From the NCBI GenBank assembly GCA_963758295.1, contig CAVWUU010000001.1:256001-320000 (forward strand): a stretch of DNA of 64,000 nt. The letters are read 5' to 3'. Of this stretch, positions 11,706-21,130 are shown piece after piece (the stretch's first letter is position 1; each line of letters starts with the position of its first letter). Under the pieces are notes generated by a model. That model worked only from the letters and a program-made list of their open reading frames with translations. It was not told where the DNA came from and did no database searches. The position numbers were made by a program, and so were the translations under genes. Source of the stretch: Candidatus Eremiobacteria bacterium (lineage in GTDB: Bacteria; Vulcanimicrobiota; Vulcanimicrobiia; Vulcanimicrobiales; Vulcanimicrobiaceae).

Positions 11706-12227
11706 ATGGAATCAATGACCGCCATCAGGCCCGCAGCGCCCTCGGACGCTGCGGGAATCGCTCGCGTACACGTCCGGGTGTGGGACGAAGCTTATCGCGG
11801 CATGGTCCCGGACGCGGCGATCGACCGGTATTCATACGATCGCCGGCTCGAGTCGTGGCGTCGTTGGCTGGGTCGAAAACCGTGGCACACGTTCGTAGCG
11901 CAAAGCCACGGCGCTATCGTCGGTTTTGCGTGCGGTTTTCCGGACGATACGGAACCGCGTTACGACGCGTACCTCAACACGCTGTACGTCTTGAAAGCTC
12001 AGCAACGGCGCGGAATCGCGCGCGATCTGTTACGCGTACTCGCCGGCGCGCTGCTAGACGAAAACCTGAGCGCCATGTGGTGGCTTACGCTGCGGGAAAA
12101 TCCGGCGTGCGCATTTTACGAGCGCGTCGGCGCACGGGTTCTTCGTGACCAGGCGGCTCCCGCCGAGCTCGGTCCTCAGACGATGGACCGGGTTTTCGGG
12201 CTGGACGATCTGCGCACGCTGCTCTGA
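11706..12227 (+). CDS. GNAT family N-acetyltransferase
   Basis: IRPA..DA..IA.VH; LYV...QRRGIA acetyl-CoA motif; N.A..FYER.G. Confidence 0.9.
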   Translation: MESMTAIRPAAPSDAAGIARVHVRVWDEAYRGMVPDAAIDRYSYDRRLESWRRWLGRKPWHTFVAQSHGAIVGFACGFPDDTEPRYDAYLNTLYVLKAQQRRGIARDLLRVLAGALLDENLSAMWWLTLRENPACAFYERVGARVLRDQAAPAELGPQTMDRVFGLDDLRTLL

Positions 12228-12258
12228 AACGATTCAGCTGCCCGCCCGTATAGCAGAC

Positions 12259-13116
12259 ATGGATGTGAAAGTTCCCTTCCCCGCAATCGCAGCGGCGCTG
12301 CTGATACTTGCGCCGGCCACTGCGGGCGCCCAAGCGGCGCCGCCGTCGGCGGACGAGTATTACACGCAAGCGCTCGAACGTATGAAGGCGCTGCCGGAAC
12401 CTCTCGTCGTTACGTACGATGCGAGCGTCGATGCGTACGGCGCCCGCTTTTTACTGAACAGCTCGAAGGGACGCGCAAGCTTCGCGCTCGTCATTGGAAG
12501 CGGCGGCGGCGTAAAACAGGGAACGTGGCAAGTCGCGGCGCGCACTTCCGACGTCGTTACCTCCATCGCTGTTTCGGAGAAAACTCGCGCGTTGAGTGCG
12601 TCACCCATCTTCAACGCCACGTGGAACGGCGCGTACAATTTTATGCGCTACGGCTTAGACGGTCCGGCCACGAATGAAGAAACCGCAGCGAGCGCCGGAG
12701 CTATTCCCGGTTCCCAACGGGTAATTGCCATGGTCAAAGCGATCGGCACGGGCTACTACCGAGCGCAGGACGCCGGCGCCGGAACGTGTTCGGGAGGCGT
12801 CGCAGGGCACAACATTCACTTGATCGCGCGTTCGGATCCGCAAGGACATCCGCTTACCGATGTCACCATCGACACCGCGAGCGGCCTCATCTGCACCATG
12901 CGGTTCGGCTTCCGGGACGGGGGCCCGGTGGACGTGAGCGGCTTCGCCGTGCTTCATCTCGGCCGTGTGGGCGTCTATCAGATGATTTCCGACGAGCAGA
13001 TCGAGCTGAATCTGCGCGTAATGGGGATCGAGGCGAAGCGAGTGGGAATGATCGCGAGGTATGAGGACGTCGCCTTCCCGGCGAGCTTGCCGCCGGCGCT
13101 CTTTCCATCTCCCTGA
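12259..13116 (+). CDS. Secreted hypothetical protein
   Basis: Signal-peptide-like N-terminus from ATG 12259; beta-rich body; no family recognised. Confidence 0.7.
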   Translation: MDVKVPFPAIAAALLILAPATAGAQAAPPSADEYYTQALERMKALPEPLVVTYDASVDAYGARFLLNSSKGRASFALVIGSGGGVKQGTWQVAARTSDVVTSIAVSEKTRALSASPIFNATWNGAYNFMRYGLDGPATNEETAASAGAIPGSQRVIAMVKAIGTGYYRAQDAGAGTCSGGVAGHNIHLIARSDPQGHPLTDVTIDTASGLICTMRFGFRDGGPVDVSGFAVLHLGRVGVYQMISDEQIELNLRVMGIEAKRVGMIARYEDVAFPASLPPALFPSP

Positions 13117-13125
13117 GGCCTTCGC

Positions 13126-13962
13126 GTGTTAGCGCAGCTGGTTTTGAACGAGCATTCGCGCCGTGGGCGTGAAGCCTCCGCCGCCTTACGCGAAGCGTTG
13201 AATACGGCCGGGATACATTTCGTAGAAACGAAGCTCGGGGACGCACCCGCTTCGGGTATCGACGCTATAATCGGGGCGGGCGGAGACGGCACGATTGCCG
13301 CCTGCGTCGCTAAGGCGGTCGAATGGAAGGTTCCGCTCGGAATCATTCCGCTCGGAACGTTCAACGAGCTTGCGCGCACGCTCGCCATTCCGTTAAACGT
13401 CAACGGCGCGGTGGACGTCATCGCGCGAGGGAGAGTTCGGCCGATTGACGTCGGTTCGGTGAACGGGCGCTACTTCACGAATGAAGCGAGCATCGGCATC
13501 TCGAGCCGGATCGCGCGCATTCAAACGCCGGAACTCAAACAACGCTTTGGTCTTTTTGCGGTGGCCGGGACCGCGCTTGCGGCATTCAGGCACTCTCGTG
13601 CCATTCATGTCGAACTGCGATACGACGGAAACGTCGAGCGCCTCCGGACGATTCAACTCACCGTTGCAAACAGCCACCGTTTCGGCGGCTTTCTTCAGGT
13701 TAACGGAGCCGCGATCGACGACGGATGGCTCGATCTCTATAGCGTAGACATCCGGAAATTTAGTGAAGCGTTCGCCATCGCTTGGACGATGTTGAGCGGA
13801 AAACAGCGAGCGGTCCCAGGCTTGCGGACGTTTCGCGCCGCGCGCTTTGAGGTGCGCACGAAGCACCCGCATCACATTGCGGCCGATGCAGAACCCGCCG
13901 GCACAACACCGGCCGTTTTCGAACTGTTGCCGAAAGCATTGAGCGTCTTCGCCGCGGAATAA
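13126..13962 (+). CDS. Diacylglycerol kinase family lipid kinase (YegS/BmrU-like)
   Basis: GGDGT, IIPLGTFNELAR, DDGWLD motifs. Confidence 0.9.
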   Translation: MLAQLVLNEHSRRGREASAALREALNTAGIHFVETKLGDAPASGIDAIIGAGGDGTIAACVAKAVEWKVPLGIIPLGTFNELARTLAIPLNVNGAVDVIARGRVRPIDVGSVNGRYFTNEASIGISSRIARIQTPELKQRFGLFAVAGTALAAFRHSRAIHVELRYDGNVERLRTIQLTVANSHRFGGFLQVNGAAIDDGWLDLYSVDIRKFSEAFAIAWTMLSGKQRAVPGLRTFRAARFEVRTKHPHHIAADAEPAGTTPAVFELLPKALSVFAAE

Positions 13963-13969
13963 CCGGCCG

Positions 13970-14944
13970 ATGCAGTATAGAGCGCTTGGACATTCGGGAT
14001 TAAGACTCTCAGCGATCGGGCTGGGTTCGTGGCTGACGTTCGGGAGCACCGTCGATAAGCAGACGGCGCGCGACTGCGTCATGCGAGCGTGGGAACTCGG
14101 CGTCAACTTCATCGACACCGCAAACGTTTACGCACGCGGAGCCGCCGAGATGACACTTGGACCAATTTTGAAAGAATTGCGTCGTGACGAACTCGTCCTT
14201 GCGACGAAAGTATACTTCCCGATGGGCGAGGGGATGCACGAACGCGGCCTTTCACGCAAGCACATCCGCGCCCAAATCGATGCATCGCTGCACCGGCTCG
14301 GGGTCGACTACATCGACCTTTATCAATGCCACCGGTACGATTTAACGACGCCTATCGAAGAAACGTGCCGGATGATGGACGACTTGGTGCGCGCCGGAAA
14401 GATTCTGTATTGGGGCGTTTCGGAATGGAACGCCGATCAAATTACCAACGCGGTAACGCTCGCCCGAGCGCGCGGATGGGCCGTACCGGTCAGCAACCAG
14501 CCTCAGTATAGTGCGCTGTGGCGGCGCATCGAAGCGCGCGTGCTTCCGGTTTGCGAAGAATACGGCTTGGGAAACGTCGTGTGGTCGCCGATCGCGATGG
14601 GGATCTTAACCGGAAAGTACACCGATGCGTCCAACCCCCCGGCCGGCACACGCGCGGCGAGCGGCAATCGAGACATGATGGAAGACTACTTTACGCAGCC
14701 GGTGCTGGACGCCGTAGCGAAGCTTAAGCCGATTGCCGATGAAGCCGGCGCATCGATGTCGCAACTGGCGCTGGCGTGGGTTCTGCGGCAGCCGGCCGTG
14801 ACGAGCGCAATCGTCGGCGCAACGAAGCTCTCCCACGTGGAAGACAACGTCGCAGCCGCAGACTTGCAGCTCGACCCGCAGATATTCAAACGCATGGATG
14901 AAATCTTGGAGCCGGTGGCCGCAACCGAACCATATATCGCTTAG
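13970..14944 (+). CDS. Aldo/keto reductase (Kv-beta/Tas-like)
   Basis: IDTANVY, LATK, DYIDLYQCH, GKILYWGVSE, WSPIAMGILTGKY. Confidence 0.94.
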   Translation: MQYRALGHSGLRLSAIGLGSWLTFGSTVDKQTARDCVMRAWELGVNFIDTANVYARGAAEMTLGPILKELRRDELVLATKVYFPMGEGMHERGLSRKHIRAQIDASLHRLGVDYIDLYQCHRYDLTTPIEETCRMMDDLVRAGKILYWGVSEWNADQITNAVTLARARGWAVPVSNQPQYSALWRRIEARVLPVCEEYGLGNVVWSPIAMGILTGKYTDASNPPAGTRAASGNRDMMEDYFTQPVLDAVAKLKPIADEAGASMSQLALAWVLRQPAVTSAIVGATKLSHVEDNVAAADLQLDPQIFKRMDEILEPVAATEPYIA

Positions 14945-14959
14945 CCGTTACCCCGAAAT

Positions 14960-14995
14960 GTAAAACACCGCCGGGCGTACCCGGCGGTGTTTTAC
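14960..14995. terminator. Bidirectional intrinsic terminator
   Basis: Perfect 16-bp inverted repeat GTAAAACACCGCCGGG-CGTA-CCCGGCGGTGTTTTAC between convergent transcripts. Confidence 0.85.
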
Positions 14996-15014
14996 TTGCT
15001 GCACTCTACGAGGG

Positions 15015-15116
15015 GTCGTTGTGTTGACGATCGCGGTAAACCGCGAGGACAACTTTCGGGGGCGTTGTTGGTGGAGGACAACGTCGCCCCCGTTCATCCC
15101 GCTAGAACGGGATGAA
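15015..15116 (-). ncRNA. Candidate structured 3'-UTR/sRNA element
   Basis: Three adjacent hairpins (15031-46, 15057-92, 15093-116); 9-mer GTTGTCCTC twice on minus strand; CCUCCACCA loop. Confidence 0.35.
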
Positions 15117-15124
15117 ACTTATGG

Positions 15125-15286
15125 TTAGTTCCAGCGCGTGATGATGCTGGACGTGCCGGCAACCTTCGGGCCCCAGCCGCTGAAAGAAGCGCTGCTCGGT
15201 GCGATTTGAATCAAGCGCGCGAGCGAAATCGTTGGTTCTGCTTCTTGCGTAGCGGCCTTGGGATCGGGCTGCGATGGGGTGTTCAC
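15125..15286 (-). CDS. Small peptide, 53 aa, FxGWGPK motif (MNTPSQPDPKAATQEAEPTISLARLIQIAPSSASFSGWGPKVAGTSSIITRWN)
   Basis: GTG start with GGAAGGA SD 7 nt upstream, TAA stop; shares its motif with the 23628-23738 peptide. Confidence 0.7.
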   Translation of the reverse strand: MNTPSQPDPKAATQEAEPTISLARLIQIAPSSASFSGWGPKVAGTSSIITRWN

Positions 15287-15446
15287 GAACGTATCCTTCC
15301 GTTATTTCAAAGACGCGTTCTTGCGTCTCCGTGCGTTACTCTACACCGGGTATTACCGCCTACCTATGACCTTTGTTTCAGTTCGTTACGCTTTGACAAT
15401 CGACTTATCGAATAACATGTTGCAGTGTGACAGTTGTTGTTTAGTT

Positions 15447-15479
15447 CGTCTTTAAAAGCGTCATAAAAGCGGCATAAAA
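15447..15479. promoter_or_regulatory. 11-bp-period direct repeats, candidate winged-helix regulator site
   Basis: CGTCTTTAAAA-GCGTCATAAAA-GCGGCATAAAA; related GCGTCATCAGA-ATCGAATCAAA at 17759-17780. Confidence 0.45.
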
Positions 15480-15493
15480 TAGGGAGTTTTGGC

Positions 15494-17725
15494 CTATGTT
15501 CCCGCGTCGCCACCCGCGCGTATCACATATTTCACGATGAAACGATTCAGCGTTACATACGCAGCCGGCGTTCCGTAATTGAGGTAAAGATCCCCATTAC
15601 GCAGCCGCATATGAAATGCGGCTGCAACGTTGAGACCGGTTTGTGTGGAGAATCCGCCCAGCCCGTTAATATCTCTTAAGGAAAGTGTCAAATTGCTGTC
15701 GCTTCCGGTGTCGATGCCCAGCGACACACGTCGCAGCCACTGCGATTCGAGTATGCCGGTCGCGCGGTCGCGCTGATAGCTACCGTCGTATTCGAGGCCC
15801 AAAGAATAGCGGGAACCAAGCGGGCGCGACGTCGAGAGCGTGTACAAGTGCGTGATGGCGTTATTGAAAAGCCCCCACGTCGCGCTAAAATCAACCGGCC
15901 GCGGCGTGCCGTCGTGGTAGCCGACCGGCAGACCCATGAGGTTGAACGGAACGTTCGTGCCGTTGCGATAGCACGGAAATCCGGTAAAGAAGCTTTGGCC
16001 GAGCGTCGGTCCGGTGCAATCGGCGTTTGCGGGAACGTCGTACGCCCGCAAATAGCTTATCGTCGGCCCCGCGCCGTTGATGGAGAAGCCGTTTTTGAAC
16101 GTGGCGGAAAGAAAGGTCGCAAAATCCGACTCGTGAACGGCGCCGCTGCGATCCAAAAGCCGGTCGCCGGCGATATTCAGATCCCAGTTCTTGATCGTTT
16201 TCGTGCTGCCGACAAAGTTGAGATAGCCTTGGAGTCCGCGGATGTCCGAGTTGCTGGTGTATCCGTCAATGGGATTGTAATTGGGCGAGATGTCGACGTA
16301 GCCGGCGTTGATCTCCCAGTTCGGCCGATGGATGTCGACGAAGTCGTTCATGCTGTGCGCGGTCCCCTCGGGAATCCACGATCCGTGCTCGACCGAGCCG
16401 TTCAGTCCCCACACGAGCGCCGTGTGCAAATTCCGGCCTTTTACACCCGCTTCGAAGGTCTGGTCTTGACCTGAAACGCCGTGATTAGCAAGGACGCCGT
16501 CGGACCAATACTGGAGCGTCTGATCTTGCAGCGCGTGCTTGTACCCGTACACGATGTCATCGAACGTTTCGTCCGTTACGTCGTTGTAACCGCGGAACGT
16601 CATGAGGCCGAAGCTTTGCAGACCGGACGTTCCTTCGATCTTCATGCCTCGATCGAACGGTCCGACGCTGGGCGAGTAGAAAATTTCGTTTGCCGGCCCG
16701 ATGAAATTGGAGTATCCGTTCGGTACCGGCGTCAGGAAATTAGCGCCTTGCGAGAAGAACGGCCGGTACTCGGTGAGCTGCCTGCGGAACTCTTGCGGCG
16801 CAATAGTTTGCTGATCGATTTCGACGTTCGAGAAATCGGGATTCGCCGTACCGACGAAATTGATGGTCGACGTCAGCGGATAGCTTACGTCGATGCCGAG
16901 CGGTCGAACGCTTTGCTTCAAGAATGCGCCGTCCGACTGTTGGAACACGTCACGGTCGCCGCCGAGGCTCGCGAGCGCGTAGACCTCCGCGCGCGGCTTC
17001 GGACGAGATTGCGCCGATGCTTGAACCGCGAATCCCGTCGCTGCGGGCCAATAGCGAAGATCGTAAAATCCCGGCCAGTTGCCGGCGGCAACGTCTTGCA
17101 TCAACCCGTCGAACGCCCACGAGTAATGTTCGCCGATTGCCGAAACCTGCCGGAAGAATCCGATGCGCCACGTTTGCGGCGAACCGCCGTGAATGCGCAA
17201 GATGTTTAGCGGAATAATCATTACGGCGCGCCACGTGTTGCCTTCAACTTTCGCGGCGCTGTGCCATAACGGGCGATAGCGCGCGTTTTCACTAGCCTGC
17301 TCGTAACGGATTGCGCGCGGCGTCGTTTCGAAGAAATAGGCTTGCGACCCGGCGCCGCTTGTGTCCAAGCCGACTCCAACGAAGTCATCCGTGCCGAATC
17401 CGACGTCGTTCGTCGTCTGCGTCGCGACGATCGGCGTGCCATCTTGGAACGCCTCGAAACCAATGTAGAGATTCCGGTCGTCGTAGAGAACGTAGGCGGT
17501 AGTGGGAAGCGTCGCCGCGCTTCTCGTGGTCACGTTCTCCCAGGCTCCCTTCGTTGGAACGATACCGGCCTTCCACGCCGGATCCGTCATGGCTGGATCC
17601 AAGGGAAGCGGGTGGGGAGCTTTGGCGACCGGGAACGAAAACGTAGCGGGTACGGCAGCATTAACCGGACCGGCGAAACACCAGAGCCCGACCGCTGTAC
17701 AGAGAGATAAGATGGCGCGCTTCAT
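15494..17725 (-). CDS. Secreted/outer-membrane protein with CBM9-like N-terminal domain and DUF5916-like beta-barrel region
   Basis: Signal peptide; T.AYVLYDDRNLYIGF...DDFVGVGLDT...WRAVMIIP sugar-binding-like domain; TANPDFSNVEID...EYRPFF.QG motif; amphipathic beta strands. Confidence 0.75.
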   Translation of the reverse strand: MKRAILSLCTAVGLWCFAGPVNAAVPATFSFPVAKAPHPLPLDPAMTDPAWKAGIVPTKGAWENVTTRSAATLPTTAYVLYDDRNLYIGFEAFQDGTPIVATQTTNDVGFGTDDFVGVGLDTSGAGSQAYFFETTPRAIRYEQASENARYRPLWHSAAKVEGNTWRAVMIIPLNILRIHGGSPQTWRIGFFRQVSAIGEHYSWAFDGLMQDVAAGNWPGFYDLRYWPAATGFAVQASAQSRPKPRAEVYALASLGGDRDVFQQSDGAFLKQSVRPLGIDVSYPLTSTINFVGTANPDFSNVEIDQQTIAPQEFRRQLTEYRPFFSQGANFLTPVPNGYSNFIGPANEIFYSPSVGPFDRGMKIEGTSGLQSFGLMTFRGYNDVTDETFDDIVYGYKHALQDQTLQYWSDGVLANHGVSGQDQTFEAGVKGRNLHTALVWGLNGSVEHGSWIPEGTAHSMNDFVDIHRPNWEINAGYVDISPNYNPIDGYTSNSDIRGLQGYLNFVGSTKTIKNWDLNIAGDRLLDRSGAVHESDFATFLSATFKNGFSINGAGPTISYLRAYDVPANADCTGPTLGQSFFTGFPCYRNGTNVPFNLMGLPVGYHDGTPRPVDFSATWGLFNNAITHLYTLSTSRPLGSRYSLGLEYDGSYQRDRATGILESQWLRRVSLGIDTGSDSNLTLSLRDINGLGGFSTQTGLNVAAAFHMRLRNGDLYLNYGTPAAYVTLNRFIVKYVIRAGGDAGT

Positions 17726-17805
17726 AGGCTAACCGAGCATCCCTCGGTTGGCGTCTGGGCGTCATCAGAATCGAATCAAAAGATTTTCGTCGAAGGACGG
17801 CAGCG

Positions 17806-19218
17806 ATGAGCCTCTATGCGTTCGGTCCGTTTCAGCTCGATGTCGAGCGTCTTCTTCTTTTGCACGCAGGAGAGCCGGTAGCGCTGGGTCCGAAGGTCGT
17901 CGAGACCCTCCTCGCGCTCATCGAACACCCCGGCGACGTCCTCGCGAAAAGCGCGCTTTTGGACCGCGTGTGGCCCGAAGGGTTCGTCGAGGAAGCGAAT
18001 CTCGCCCAAAATATCTACGTCCTGCGAAAGACACTGCGCTCCAGCTGGGACGTCGACGCAATCGAAACGGTCCCGCGGCGCGGCTACCGCTTTGTTGCAG
18101 CGGTTCAGCTGGTCGAGCATGTGATGCCTTCCACTCCGGAAGTCGTCGTTGACGTGCCGAAGCGGCGGCTGATCTCGCGCCGGCTCGTTGCTACCTGCGC
18201 GGCGGTGCTTTTCGCCTTAGGGCTTACGGTGATGGGCGCGAACGTGCTCGCGCGTCATTCGTCTCCGGCGACTCTGTCCGATGACGGGGCGCGCCTGTAC
18301 ACGATCGGGCGCTATTACTGGAATTCGCGTTCGCAGGACGGCGTCGCAAAAAGCATCGATTATTTTGCGCGCGTAATAGACACGGATCCCCGCAACGCGC
18401 GCGGATACGCAGCGCTCGCCGAAGCGAACGCAACGATGGCGGATTACCGCTATGGCACGCTTGGGCCGAAGGTGTATCTCTCACGTGCGCGGGCCTACGC
18501 GGAGAAGGCCCTCGCGCTCGATGCCAACTGCGCGGAAGCTTACGCGGCGTTAGGCCTCATCGATCTGAACTCGAAGCACTACGACGTTGCCGTCGACGAA
18601 CTCCGTCACGCCATTTCGATCGACGGTTCGTACGGACCGGCGCACGAGTGGTACGGCATCACGTTGCTCGGCCGCGGTCAGCTGCACGACGGCCTGCACC
18701 AGCTCGAAATTGCGGCCGATCTAGATCCGCTCTCGGTTTCCACGACGGCATGGCTTGGATCCGCAGCGTATCTGGACCGTCGCTTCAGCGAAGCGATCGC
18801 ATACTCGCGCCAGGTGCTCGATCTTGCGCCGAATCGCTCGGACGCCTATGCGATCATCGGCGAAGCGTACGAGGCGCAGGGAAACTACGAGGCAGCCATC
18901 GAGTCGTTCAAGCGCTATAAAGCGAGCGACCCGGAAGCGCGCGCGGAAGGCGCCGCATTACTGGCGCATGCCTATGCGTTGAACCACCATATGTCCGCGG
19001 CTCGGACCGAGCTTGCCTATGCGAAGGAACATTCGAACGATGTCGATCCCGGCGACTACGCGCTTGCGCTAGCGGTCGTCGGCGAGAAGAACGACGCCTA
19101 CAGCGTTCTGCGCCGCTTGCGTTCGCATAACATGTCGTGGATGGCCATCGAAAACGATCCCCGTTTCGACGCGTTGCGTTCCGACCGGAAGTTCCGCCAG
19201 ATCGCCGCTCCGGCATAA
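17806..19218 (+). CDS. One-component transmembrane transcriptional regulator: OmpR-type winged helix, TM helix and TPR repeats (CadC-like)
   Basis: YAFGPFQLD...VEEANLAQNIYVLRK.L...IETVPRRGYRF; one TM helix; multiple TPRs (DPRNARGYAALA...). Confidence 0.9.
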   Translation: MSLYAFGPFQLDVERLLLLHAGEPVALGPKVVETLLALIEHPGDVLAKSALLDRVWPEGFVEEANLAQNIYVLRKTLRSSWDVDAIETVPRRGYRFVAAVQLVEHVMPSTPEVVVDVPKRRLISRRLVATCAAVLFALGLTVMGANVLARHSSPATLSDDGARLYTIGRYYWNSRSQDGVAKSIDYFARVIDTDPRNARGYAALAEANATMADYRYGTLGPKVYLSRARAYAEKALALDANCAEAYAALGLIDLNSKHYDVAVDELRHAISIDGSYGPAHEWYGITLLGRGQLHDGLHQLEIAADLDPLSVSTTAWLGSAAYLDRRFSEAIAYSRQVLDLAPNRSDAYAIIGEAYEAQGNYEAAIESFKRYKASDPEARAEGAALLAHAYALNHHMSAARTELAYAKEHSNDVDPGDYALALAVVGEKNDAYSVLRRLRSHNMSWMAIENDPRFDALRSDRKFRQIAAPA

Positions 19219-19671
19219 ATGGCGTATAGCTCGCTCTTCGAAGCGCTCGCGGTCCGGCCGCAGCTGGCGCGATCGCTTGCCGCGCACATGCGCGAATTGA
19301 GCGACGGCGGCTCGGTTCCCAAACGGACGAAAGAACTGATCGCGCTGATGGTCGGCTGGCTCAATGCGTGCGATTACTGCACCTGCGTCCACGAAGAGAT
19401 CGCGCGTCACTTGGGCATCGATACCGCGACGCTTGAAGGACTGAGCGACTTCGCGCGCAGCCCGCATTTCACCGATGCCGAACGGGCCGCGCTCGCGGCC
19501 ACCGTCGCCTTGACGCGCGAGCCGCGCGCGCTGCCGCCCGCCATTTGGGAGAGTCTGAGCGCGCAGTACGACGAAGGGCAGATCGCGGAAGTGCTCTCGG
19601 TAATCGGTTTCAGTAATTACGTGAGCCGTCTTAGCAACGCGTTAGGGATCGAAGCTACGCAACAGGTTTAA
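19219..19671 (+). CDS. AhpD/carboxymuconolactone decarboxylase family protein
   Basis: KELIAL.V...NACDYCTCVH; FTDAERAAL. Confidence 0.88.
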   Translation: MAYSSLFEALAVRPQLARSLAAHMRELSDGGSVPKRTKELIALMVGWLNACDYCTCVHEEIARHLGIDTATLEGLSDFARSPHFTDAERAALAATVALTREPRALPPAIWESLSAQYDEGQIAEVLSVIGFSNYVSRLSNALGIEATQQV

Positions 19672-21130
19672 ACGCGCGAGCCATCACTCGCTCCGCGGTG
19701 ATAAGGCGCGTGCCGCTCCAACGATCGTGCAGCATGATATGACGCATGATGGGGCTTAGCACGAGCAAAAACGGCCACAGGAGAAGCGCCAAAACGTAGC
19801 GCCACACGGTTCGCCAGACGCCGGGAGGGCGAAAATCCGTCGTTACAACGCGCAATCCCGCAATCATCATGCCGAAGCTTTGGCCGGCAACGGCTACGAG
19901 CACGGTCAGGTAGATGGCGGCAAACCAAAACGAGATCGAGCCGGCTTGTAAGACCGGAAGCACCGTGTCGACGGCCTTTGCGATCGGCGAGGAGTTTTGC
20001 GTGAGGTGCACGCCTTCCGGCGTGAGAGACAACCCGCCGAACGAAAGGAGTTTGGGGCCGGCATCGTTGCCTTCATCTGCCGGTGCCTGGACGTCGACGT
20101 GCACGCCGCCCTTCGAGTAAACCGTTTTGCTGCTTTTGGTGGCGGGCGCAGTCGTTCCCGGAGTTTGCACGTACGCGGCATCGTGGTTCGTGATTGCTCC
20201 GTACAGCGCGCCGACGATAATGAGGTCGATCGCCACAGCCGCAAACCGGCGCCACCAGCCGGCGCAATCGCCGCGTTGCACTTTTACGGCGCCCGGCGAA
20301 GGCAGCGCGGGCGGTTCGACCGCGGCTTCGCGTAAGAACCACTCTTCAAAGATTTGAAATTGTTGCGTTCGTTGGAACGCATCCATGTGCGCGATGCGTC
20401 GCGTGGCGTACGGCTCCGCGCCAAGCCACTCACCCCACTTCAACACGCTGTCGCGCGCGATCTCGCGTCCTTGCTCGGCAAATTGCTGCACGTTGACTTG
20501 ACGCCCAAAATGATGGAACGAAGAAACGGCGATCGCTCGTGCCGCCGCGTCGAGCGAACCGCAAACGAGCAGTCCGACTTTATCGCACGTGAATTCGCAG
20601 TTGCGGAGCCACGCGCCGAAGATTAGCGCGACGATCGGGTTTTCGTTGCCGTTGACGCTTAGCAGCGAAAGGTAGCGCGTATGTCCGGCGGCGATGTGGC
20701 CGAGCTGCCGTCCAACGATGAATGCCAGTTCGTCGTCCTCGAAGTGCTCGATCCAATGGCTAGAAAGCACGAGCGCGTATGGATCGCCGAAGCCAAGCGC
20801 GGCGACGGGAACGTTGTAATCTTCGCGCACGAAGATGAGCGGCATGGGAATCTCGAGGGCCGCGCACGCCCGCTTCACGATCGCGAAGACTCGCGGGTAC
20901 TGCGCCTCGTGAATCATGACGGAGGAGCCGATGAGGCGTCCCCGTGCGAGCGTCACGTAGATCATCGCGACGACGATGAAGAGTGCGACTTCCGATTCGC
21001 CGATTCGTTCGTGGATGAAGAACCCGATCAGCGCCGCTGCGGGAAACGCGAAGAGGAGCGTTAGAACGAAGGTTAGGCGCTCTCGCGGGTCGCGAAGTGA
21101 CGATGGTCCCGAGAATAACGGACTGGACAC
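19655..21130 (-). CDS. Membrane protein: M48 peptidase-like domain (degenerate HExxH) fused to an RDD domain
   Basis: DDELAFIVGRQLGHI, EFTCDK.G, WWRRFAAVAID, GQSFGMMIAGLRVV, LHDRWSGT. Confidence 0.82.
   Translation of the reverse strand: MSSPLFSGPSSLRDPRERLTFVLTLLFAFPAAALIGFFIHERIGESEVALFIVVAMIYVTLARGRLIGSSVMIHEAQYPRVFAIVKRACAALEIPMPLIFVREDYNVPVAALGFGDPYALVLSSHWIEHFEDDELAFIVGRQLGHIAAGHTRYLSLLSVNGNENPIVALIFGAWLRNCEFTCDKVGLLVCGSLDAAARAIAVSSFHHFGRQVNVQQFAEQGREIARDSVLKWGEWLGAEPYATRRIAHMDAFQRTQQFQIFEEWFLREAAVEPPALPSPGAVKVQRGDCAGWWRRFAAVAIDLIIVGALYGAITNHDAAYVQTPGTTAPATKSSKTVYSKGGVHVDVQAPADEGNDAGPKLLSFGGLSLTPEGVHLTQNSSPIAKAVDTVLPVLQAGSISFWFAAIYLTVLVAVAGQSFGMMIAGLRVVTTDFRPPGVWRTVWRYVLALLLWPFLLVLSPIMRHIMLHDRWSGTRLITAERVMARAFKPVA

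Noticed and set aside
15125..15286. FxGWGPK peptides as classical RiPP precursors
   Set aside because: No radical SAM, YcaO, lanthipeptide, lasso or P450 maturase lies in the window, and no double-glycine leader is present. Enzymes acting in trans cannot be excluded.
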